Below, one piece after another: positions 26,301-36,168 of a stretch of DNA of 64,000 bases. Origin of the DNA: Cycas panzhihuaensis. Its lineage: Eukaryota > Plantae > Cycadophyta. The DNA lies in the NCBI GenBank assembly GCA_023213395.1, contig CM041465.1, positions 88,047,741-88,111,740 of the forward strand. Reading direction: 5' to 3'. Positions within the stretch are counted from its first letter, which is position 1. Every line of letters starts with the position of its first letter. The notes beneath the pieces were generated by a model. It did not search any database and was not told the DNA's origin. It was given only the letters and a program-made list of their open reading frames with translations. Both the position numbers and the translations under genes were made by a program.

Positions 26301-27510
26301 ATACTGCACTGCTACATGTTTTAAGTTGTCCTGCCCAATCTCCTCCCCATTCTTATTCAACAGTGTCTTGATGTGGTTATAAGCTCTATGTTTTACAGTC
26401 ACCATATGGAAAAATTTGGTGTTCCTATCCCCCTTTGCTAGCCACATGGCCCTCGACTTTTGCCTCCAAAATATTTCTTCCTTAATCAAGACTCCATCTA
26501 GAACAGAAAGAAGTCTTCTCTCTTCCTCGTCAAGGGGGACAGTTCTATTGTACTCCTAAATATGCACCTCTAGACTCTTTAGCTCTTCCAGGATCTTATT
26601 TTTCTTAATAGAGATATCCCCATGTGTGTTCTTATTCCACTCCTTAATCAGCATCTTGACCCGATTGAGTTTAATTGAAAACCTCCTCATGGCATAACCT
26701 TGAGCTAGAATGCTCCATCAATCTGATAGTAAATTGCACAAACCAGGGTCCTTAGTCCACATTAACTCAAAATGGAAGGGAGACCCCTTATGCCTCCTAG
26801 GCTTATCCCATCCCAAGGCCAATGGGGAATGATCTGGAATAGTCTTTGGTAAAGCTTCCAAACTGATATTACTTTGCTAGCTAAATTAGGCATAGTTAGC
26901 CATCGCTCGGTCCAATCTTACCTAGATGTGACTAGCACCCAGACTCTTGGTTGACCAAGTAAATTTGGGGCCTCTTAAGAGGGACATCCATCAGACCTCC
27001 CTTCTACATGAAGGTCCAAAGGTCCTCCATACCTTTAATCTATTCTATATAGCCCCCTCTTTTTTCCTTAGGGGATAGAGTTATATTAAAGTCCCTAGCA
27101 ATCAACTAGGGACCCACCCACTCCTTATGGGCCTCCAACAACCTATCCCATAAGTGTTTCCTCCCCTCTTATGACAGGGGGCCATAAACATTAGTGGCTA
27201 GCCACTGATAAGTAGAAAACTTACTAGTCATCCAACAGGATATGAAATGCTCCTTGATGAGGAAGGCCTTGTACTCCCACCCTCTGGGGTTTGAAAAGGT
27301 AGCTAGGCCGCCAGAGCCCCTAATCCCATCTAAGGTTGACCACTCAGAGTCCTTACATATTTTATTTTTGATGTTTACCTTGTTCTCCATTGATAGTTTA
27401 GTTTCTTGAAGCAAGAGAAAATCTAGCTTTAGTTGACTCTATAGTTCTCTAACCAATCTATATTTTGACGGGGCATTTATGCCCTGGATGTTCCAGGAGG
27501 CAAGCTTCAT
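23318..27510 (-). pseudogene. LINE-b ORF2 (EN, RT, zf-RVT, RNase H)
   Basis: MKLASWNIQGIN, LQETK, WRQKSR.MWLAKGDRNTKFFH, KAPGPDGF, FRPISLCN, KIDLSKAYD, YLGMPL, WSIWKERN, HIYKEGNKVTD. Confidence 0.93.
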
Positions 27511-27529
27511 GATAACAACTACTGGCCCC

Positions 27530-28911
27530 TCCTCTCTTACCTCTTGCTTTTAGTTTTGGGCCCCTGCCTTAGACCTCTATCTCTTAGGGTACGTTGTGTC
27601 CCTTGATCTATCTGGAGCGCTGCCTCCCTCTCCCGCACCACCTTCAAAGAAGGCCTCCCTGGCCTCCTCTCGCTGCCAAAATCTGGCCCTCTTGGGTAAT
27701 AAACTTTCTTAACTACTTCCTGGTCCCCACATCTCTAGCCTTCCACACCTTCTCCACTTTCCTATACTCCTCAAGCCTCTATGAGATAGGTCCTTCTTCC
27801 TTTTGAAGAGGAAGCTCCTCAAGACTCTCTAGGATAAGCCCAACTTCCCCCTAAGGGGGAACCATATCCATATCCGACTGGAGGTCCACAGGCTGAGGCT
27901 GATAAGCATTTGGTTTAGAACTCAAATCCACCTCCCCTTCTTCAAAAAGGGTGTCTTCCTCTGCCAGATTTATTTCTTACCCCCTCTTAAAAGGATAGGC
28001 CCCAGACTAACCTCTAGGGCTTGGTGACATAGGTCCTCCTCCAGTCGGGGGTTCTTTTCCCTTATAACCTCATCAGGGCACCTAATAGTGACTCCTCGTT
28101 CCTCCTCCCTCTTTAGAGTTTCATTCCCACCTTGGTGAGCTGAGGGAAAGGGCTTTAGTTCTCCTGATCAGTTGTAGGGAAGGTGTCCAGCTCTCCTACA
28201 TTTTTGGCATCTTATATTTTCTAATTCGTACACCAGCTTTTGTTCTTTGTTCCACCCAACTCTCTCTATAATCATTGAATCTGGATGGGGCATATCAGTT
28301 CTAGCCAATGCACAGAACCTAGCATTGACCAATCTTCTCTTGTTCTTCGTGGTTGAGTCCACTGCCAAGAGGGGACCAATAATTTTTGTGATTCCTTTAA
28401 TAATGTCAAGATCCCATGTAACAAGAGGGAGACTCGGTAATTGAACCCACAAGGGGATTTGCTTTATGGAACCTTTAGATGGATCAAATTTGGGGTGTTA
28501 TTTCTCCATTAACACCACCTTCTTACTCATCATTTAGGGAGATTTTAATAAGATGTTAACCATATCCTCATGACAGGAAAACTTAAAAAGAATACACCCT
28601 CTTGGTAGTGCAATGACCTCTACTGAGCCTTTCAACTTCTAGTGTTAGTTGACCCATTTCCTAATTGGGTCCATGCTTGGCCTTGGGCCTAAGAAACGTC
28701 CCACTAAACTGTTCCCCTAGAATTTTTCTAGCCTCTTTGACAATCATTTTAGGACTAGGATTTTTATCTTCTCATCTTCTAAGATAGGGTTTATGTCAAA
28801 TGTTTCTGTACCTTCATTACTCAAGGTGTCAAGGTATGATTTCTTCCCTGAGGGAGTATGGGTTTGGTTGAAAGAAGTTTGATAATCTGGCTAATTAATA
28901 TGAAATTCCAT
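27530..28911 (-). pseudogene. LINE-b ORF1
   Basis: LVGRFLGPRP, PLWVQLPSLPL..W, zinc knuckle RCQKCRRAGHL; homologous to LINE-a ORF1. Confidence 0.85.
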
Positions 28912-30832
28912 AGCTTATTCCATACAGAAACTAGTGAAGCATTTGATCTCACTAATTTCAAAGTCCCTTCTATCTTCTGCCAGCTGTGCCTTGCTAAACC
29001 TGAGTCCTTGGGTTGTTTCCTCCTTCACATCTGTCTATCTTCCTATTAACAAAAGTGATCACTCATTTCTATAATATCCATGAGAACCTGCTCTGAACTC
29101 TGATGGATATGGCCACAGGATGCCACCCTAATCTATCTTAGATGTGCCTTATCCTTCTCGCTTGAAACCCAGGGAATGCAAGGCCCAAATCCTCCTACAC
29201 ATAGAGACCATCGCCCCACTAGAGCTTGATGTCATCTTAGCATAGGGGCCATATCTAGAGCTTGCTCATCCTCCTGCTTTTGGCCAAAGCTGTGTAGGTA
29301 ATGACACTGTCACTCTGGGAAGCTATGTAGGTATGCCGCCTCCTTCGATACCACAAGAAAGGCTAACCAAACTAGGCCTATTCGCGTCATCCTCACGTTC
29401 AATCCTATCCTCAATAAAATGATGTAATTAACTCAACAAATTAATAAATAATTAAAATCACATTAAATTAAATTTAAAAAGTTGAGAAAATTATAAAGAA
29501 ATTTGATAAATTAAAGTATGTACCTATACTTACCTAATCATGGTCAGTTCTGTTGACTTTGATCAAAGTTTTTCCAATCAAAGTGTCTTTAGAAATAGTC
29601 GAGTGACCAGTCAATTAAAGGCACCTGAGTCAAGATTCCAACACAACTTTTTGAAATTGAATTCTAACTTCGAGCAATGAAGTTATGCCAAAAAGAGTAT
29701 GGGTAACCCTTTTGAAATTTAGGGGGGGCTAAAAATTAAGGGGTTAAGCCCTTTTTATAATTAGAATAGGCTTATATGAAATGGAAAAGTGATCGATAGC
29801 TAGCAAGATAAGGGGGCTACGAACCTAAAATATAAAAAAAATTAGATTTAAATGTTTTTGAAATTGTAAAAACATTTTACCAAGTTAAATAAATATTTCA
29901 TGTCTGATTAACCACAAAAGCATATCAAATTAATAAAATATTTTAATTAATATTAGGGTTTTGAACCCTAATTTTGTAAATTTTATGGCTGTGTATTTTT
30001 ATAATTAAATTTTTACATTTTAAGCTTGAAAATAGGGTCATAATATCTGCATGATAATGGAGATCCCTACGTACATCTTAAATCTATGTAAGATATTCTA
30101 CTTGAGCATATTTATATGATGATACCATGTGTAGAAGATTTCATTCTTCAAAATGTTAGCATTTATGTAATTCAATCGATGAGATCTTTAGATGATATTT
30201 TTCATAATCTGTGGCTATGTATGCATATAGGGTGATGAGGATTCACCGATGTTTTCTATCAAACCTCTCTTCATATGTGTTTAGTTACTCTATGACTTTG
30301 TTGATCATTTCTTTTTTAAGATTGTGTTGAAGGAGAGCAACAACTATTGCATTTTCTATGGCTTTATTGTTATGGCATGTTTATGCTCCATTCATCTGCA
30401 TTGTCTATGTTTGGATTTCAACTACGTATGACCACTATCCTCTTCTTCGTCGATTACTTCAAATTCAAACCTAGAACAGGCCTTTACAGTGACTTCTTTT
30501 GCCTTCAATGATGTATCAATAGCAAAGTATGTACGTAAGTCTTCATTTGTAATAGTACATGAGGTTTGTCAGTTATCCTTGTAGGAAACATGTTGAGGCA
30601 TATTATACTATGAAGACGTAACCACTGGAAGTTCTTATTGGTAATACCCCTAAGAAGGGAGGTAACCCAAATTAAAGAGATCTAAGTAATGTACCTTTGT
30701 GGAGGATAACCTTGAGAATATATGTAAGGAAGCTATTATGGTACCAGATATCTTAGTACAAGATTGGGCTACCCTAATAATGGCATGGGAATTCTGGTGG
30801 CAACAAGCATTCATGAACTAGCTTCTAAACCT

Positions 30833-30844
30833 GCTCTAATACCA
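30833..30844 (-). promoter_or_regulatory. tRNA-iMet PBS of copia B
   Basis: Reverse complement tggtattagagc (11/12 match), abutting the LTR. Confidence 0.88.
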
Positions 30845-31212
30845 TATTATAGAGAGGTTAATATTGTACAAATAGTAATTAATCATAGGTATAAATATCT
30901 AGATTATTATTACACTAGATTGATAGGTGGAAAACCCTTATAGGGGAAGAAAAACCACCTCTATAATATATTATTTAATTAATAATAAAATCAAAATACA
31001 TTGGTATACATTGAGGATCTCATCCTCTCTCTTTGAAGATCAACCCCACTAGGATACTCCATAGCCTCAAGATTCTCAATTAATTAATTCAAGAAAAGTT
31101 CATTGAATAGACAATGATCCATCTAATTTTTTTAATAAATGGTAATTAAATATATAACATAAAGTTATAAAAGATAACATTATAACATTAATATAAAGTG
31201 TTATTTCTAACA
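30845..31212 (-). repeat. 5' LTR of copia B
   Basis: Matches 6016-6413 and is adjacent to the PBS. Confidence 0.92.
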
Positions 31213-31439
31213 CTTTATAAAGTATCAATGTCCCCCAACCTTTAGATCTTCAGTCTGATGCTTTCCTAACAAAGCCATCCTTATAGACATTATAATATTT
31301 ATGTTTGAACATTTAAATTAGCCATAGCTCTAACAATATTCCCCAACTGCAATCAAGACCCAAAGGATCTGCGTAACTCAGGTAGACAACTGAAAAAGGA
31401 AAAATAATGAGATTTGGATGTAATCTCTCTCATGGATGA

Positions 31440-31441
<2 letters not shown>

Positions 31442-31479
<38 letters not shown>
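31442..31479. repeat. (CT)n microsatellite, about 19 units
   Basis: Read directly from the sequence. Confidence 0.97.
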
Positions 31480-31481
<2 letters not shown>

Positions 31482-32709
31482 TAATATTCAAAGACTACAT
31501 TAAAATGCACTGACTACATAATTTTTTTTGTAAACACTTATATTTTGTAGCCAGATGTCTTTAATATTTGAATGTTCATATGGCCACTAATTTATCTCTC
31601 TTTTTGACACATTGATTTTAATAATTATTTCAACTTCTGCATCTTCTATAAAAAGATTTTGATAATATATATTTATATAATGTAATATTATGGCTTCATA
31701 TTTGAAATATATGTTTACACAACATACATTAAATTGGTAGCTACTATGAAACATGAAATTTTATGCATATGTGATTGTGTAGTTTCTAGTTTCACTTTTT
31801 TTTATTTTTTATAGGATTAGGTGAGAACATTTACTACTCACTATCTTCATTTAAAGTCATCCATTTTCATGATATCTTTTTCTTTTGATCAGACTGCTCT
31901 CTGCTTAGGGGCAGCTAATATACTATTGATTAATTGTTTAAGCTCATGTGAATGTATTAAATTATTTAAATTTATTTTCATTATTTAATGGCCCCCTGTC
32001 TTACAGCCAAACAAGTCACATGTAATAGGTAAGGTGACCAGGAATTAGTTTTCCAAAATGTGCAAAGTTATTTTTTAAAGTTATTAAAAAACAAGACTTA
32101 TCTCTACTTTGATGATCACAATTTTCACTAGCTAAGTCAAAAGTTTGTTTTATTAACTTCAGATCATAGTTCATTTTCACCCAGTTGAAATGAGTGGCTA
32201 TACGACTATATTTCATTTCAGTTTGATGTACTTTTTAATAGTTCAAGTTGATACAAATTTTATTTGAGCCTTATATGTTAAAAGGTTTATTTTTTTGTAA
32301 ACATTTTAATGCATATCTTGACTATTTGATATCAAAATTTAGTCTTATCTAAAGTGTTAGATTTTATTTTCTATCCTCTATTAAGTGGTTAAGACTTCAA
32401 AATTTTTTTGAGTCATCTTATGTAACTTTTTTTATGCTCAAAAGTAGCACTATTGAAGGGATTTCTACATGATGTCCCTTATATGAACTAGTCAAAATTC
32501 AATTTGTAAGCTCCTACTAATACAAAATATTATTTTTGACGTGGTTGAAGTCCTGATTAAGACATGTATCCAAGTTCCAGAGGTGAAGTAGGATACATCT
32601 TATTATTTTTGAGTGGCTTCTTTTATAGTCTTTTTAGTGCTTTGATTATACTTTATTTTTAAGCATTTCATATTTCAAAAAGTTACTTTTTAAGGTAATC
32701 TTATTTATT

Positions 32710-35700
32710 ATGGAATCAAATATTGGAAATGTTATGCTGTCAAATTTTGATGGCATAAATTTTCTTAATTAGACTAGACATATAAAGTCAATCTTCATTG
32801 CTAATGACATGTGGGAACTTGTTGATATAGGTTATAGATTGCTTGATGAAGATGCCATGGAAAATGAGAATAAATGCTTCAAGGAGAATAAAAAGAAGGA
32901 TAATGAGGCACTTGCACTCATCGTTTTCATATTAGAGGATCATATCTTCCCAAGGGTTAGAGAAGTTATAATATCAAAGGAGGCTTGGGATGAACTCAAT
33001 ACGATATATAGAGTGAATTCATCTAAGCTTTAAATCTTAAGAAGTAGATTTGAAAATCTAAGGATGATAACTCATGAAGACGAAGTTAATGATTTTATTA
33101 CTAAGTCTAAGGCTTAGTTGACTAGATGAGATCCTTATGAGAAATTATTAGTGAACAAAGAGTAGTTAAAAAAATTTTAAGGTGTGTATGTAATATCAAG
33201 TATTTTGAGATGGTGGCCACTAATATAGAAGTTTCTAAGGACCTTATCACCCTCAAAATAGATCAATTAAGTGTTATGCTTCTAGTAGTTAAAGAAAAGA
33301 AAGGAGGAGGTGAATCCCTTGAGTATACTTTTACCACTAAGGCAAAAATTAGACCCAACTATCAAGGACAAAGTTTTAGGGGTGGAGGTCAATTCCTTAG
33401 AGGTAGAGGCCAACCAAGAAACTAGTTTTAAAGACAAGGTCAAGGTTTCCAAGGTTATCACCAAGGAATTAAGCATAAGGACAAGGCAAGTATTAAGGAC
33501 AAGACCCAAATGAATTTTATCAAGGGAAAGACCAATAGTAAAGTCAAAGGTACTTTCAAGGCCAAGATCATGGCCAAAACTATGGACCTTAAAGAAGTGG
33601 AAGAGGTCAAGGTCTTAGGGGGAGAAACCGAGGACAAAGAGATAGGAGTCTTATTGCCATAAGAATAGTCATTTAGAAGAAAGTTTTTTTGCAAAAAGTT
33701 CAAGTTCACAAAGGGGAACAAATAATACAATTATGGAGAAAAGATAAAATGATAGATTATTTCTGTCAAGCCTAATGACCAATGAAGAAGAAGACAACTA
33801 GTATATTGATTCAAGGTGTTTCACATATATGACACATAAGGAAGAGTGGTTTAAGGAGTTAGATAACTCCAAGAAAAGTAAAATTATATTTTGGGACAAC
33901 ACCACTTAGATAGCTATTAGAAAAGGAAATGTATCCATAATAACTAATTTTAGAGAATGTAAGAGTATACACTATGTACTTCATGTTTCAACACTCATAA
34001 AGAATTTACTTTCAGTGGGTTAAATGATGGAACTGAAATATATAGTGGTTTTTAATAATGAGGAATATACTATCAAGGATAAATTAAGAAACGAGGTAGT
34101 TGTAATTAAAGGCCAAATGACTAGTAATAGGTTATTCAAACTAGTCATACACACAACATATTACTATACCTTAAAGATATTAATAAATATGGATAGTAAA
34201 TCATGGAATGAAAGATTTGGCTATGTAAATTATAATAATTTATCCTTAATGAAAATAATGGATATGGTAATTAGACTTCTTGTTATTGAACCTAACAAGA
34301 AATTTTGTGAAGGTGTATACTTAGAAAGCAATAAAGGGAAGGATTTTCTAATGAAAGTTATACATCCAATTGGCCCCTTTAATTGATTTATGCAGATCTA
34401 TATGGTCTAATGAATGTTCCCTCACTTGGAGGAGCTAAGTATTTTACAACATTTATTGACGACTTCATAAGGATGACATGGATCTATTTCATCAAATTTA
34501 AATTAGATGCTCTTCAATGTTTTATGGACTTTAAAGCTTTGGTAGAAAGGCAAAGTGGATTTAGAATTCTAACCATTAGATCAGACAATAGGAGAGAACT
34601 CATCTTAAATAAGTTTAAGGCTTATTATAATTATTGTGGCATGAGAAAGTAGCTCACCAATCCTTATATCCTATAATAAAATCATATTGCTAAAAGAAAG
34701 AACACAACAATTACAGAAATGGTAAGGAGTATGCTTAAATATAAGCATCTTGGAAATAAATTTTAGGTAGAAGTTATACACAGAGCTATTTGTGTGTTGA
34801 ACAAGTGTACCGCTAAGGCAGTTAGGTGGGTGATACTAGAAGAAGCTTGGATAGGTTATAAGACAGGCATTAAACACTTAAGGATTTTTAGGTACATAGC
34901 TTATGCACATGTTCTAGATTAAAGGAGAATTGAGTTAGGTGATAAGAGTATCAAATATATTTTTATAGGATGTAGTGACTCCTCTAAATCCTATAAACTC
35001 TATGATCTAAAAGGTAAAAGGATAATTATAAGCAAGGATGTCATATTTAAAGAAGATCATTTTTATCAAGAAGAAATGATTAAAAAAGATAGAAAAAGGG
35101 ATCATAGTTGAAGTAGAATCAAATCTTAAGTGTACAAATATACCTAACCTAAATGAAGTAGGACCCTCTACTTTAAATCAAAAGGTCCCTAAGTGGATAT
35201 AAAGGGAACATGACCTTTCAAACATTTTGGATACTGACTTTGAGAGAAGGACTACAAGATCTTAAAGGGTGAATTTTCTATTAATGACTGAGGTTATGAA
35301 GTCTAATAAGCCTTATAACTTTGAAGAGGCTAATACTCAGGATGAATAGAAGTAAGCAAGAAAAAAAGAGTATAATGCCTTAGTGAAAAATGATACATGG
35401 GAGTTAGTAGATCTTCCATTTAACAAAAATGCTATTGGGACTAAATGGATCTATAATAGCAAGAATAAGCCAGATGGAACAATTGACAAGTATAAATCAA
35501 CTGTAATAAGAGCATACAAAATAGTTTGACTTAGAAGGTTATTATAGGATTTGTAGGAGGTTTAGGTTGGTCCCACTCATATGCTTTGTGATAATCAAAG
35601 TATAATTTAGATAACTTAGAATCTAGTGTTTTATGGTAGGATAAAGCACATTGAAATACAACATCACTTTATAAGAGAACTGGTACAGCAAGGCAAGCTT

Positions 35701-35815
35701 AAATTAGTCTATTATAGCATAGAAGAATAAGTGGCAGATATATTCACAAATGCACTTGGCAAGATAAGGTTTATCAAATTTAGAGATAAACTTGGAGTCT
35801 TCCTAAATAAGTATT
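32710..35815 (+). pseudogene. gag-pol: Copia A gag-pol remnant; most of RT deleted
   Basis: MESNIGNVMLSNFDGINF, MWELVDIG, SKEAWDEL, protease *YIDSRCFTYMT, integrase FIDDFIRMTWIYF, RT start NDTWELVDLP/GTKWIY/DGTIDKYKS, then directly RNase H (CDNQS, KHIEIQHHFIRE, ADIFTNAL). Confidence 0.92.
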
Positions 35816-35827
35816 ATGGAGGAGAAA

Positions 35828-36163
35828 TATTGGAATAATGCCCATTGGGGCTTGTATCTGCCTAGGGTTAATTGTCTATATTAGGATGATAACCTAGATA
35901 TTAGCAAACATATCATGGTGACTCTATGTCAAACCACTAGCTATAAATAGGCGTACCTTATCAAATATTGATGACATCTATTTTGGTGTTTGTCAATGCC
36001 TATTTGTGGTGGACATTGAGTAGTGTACCACATCCTGATAATATCTTGCCTATTTATCTATGGGGTCTAAAGACTTGGTGTTTATCAATACTACCACTCT
36101 ATCAGGTTGATGGTTAACTCTCTAATGTATTCTCTATGTTCCCTTTGTTTTATGATTCCATCA
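35828..36163 (+). repeat. 3' LTR of copia A
   Basis: Follows the PPT, matches 5095-5431, ends ccatca. Confidence 0.9.
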
Positions 36164-36168
36164 AGGTG

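Larger units (their letters stand above)
23148..29413 (-). mobile_element. Full-length L1-clade LINE with RNase H (LINE-b)
   Basis: 16-bp TSD ataaaataatgtaatt (23132-23147) / ataaaatgatgtaatt (29414-29429). Poly(T) at the left end. ORF1 and ORF2 on the minus strand. Confidence 0.93.
6016..31212 (-). mobile_element. Ty1/copia LTR retrotransposon (copia B), inserted in the leader of copia A
   Basis: LTRs 6016-6413 and 30845-31212. TSD cctta (6011-6015) / cttta (31213-31217). PBS gctctaatacca at 30833-30844. PPT complement tcctccttt at 6414-6422. gag-pol on the minus strand. Confidence 0.92.
5095..36163 (+). mobile_element. Ty1/copia LTR retrotransposon (copia A), expanded to 31 kb by nested insertions
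   Basis: Paired LTRs 5095-5431 and 35828-36163. TSD aggta (5090-5094) / aggtg (36164-36168). PBS after the 5' LTR, gag-pol at 32710-35815, purine-rich PPT ggaggagaaa before 35828. Confidence 0.88.
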
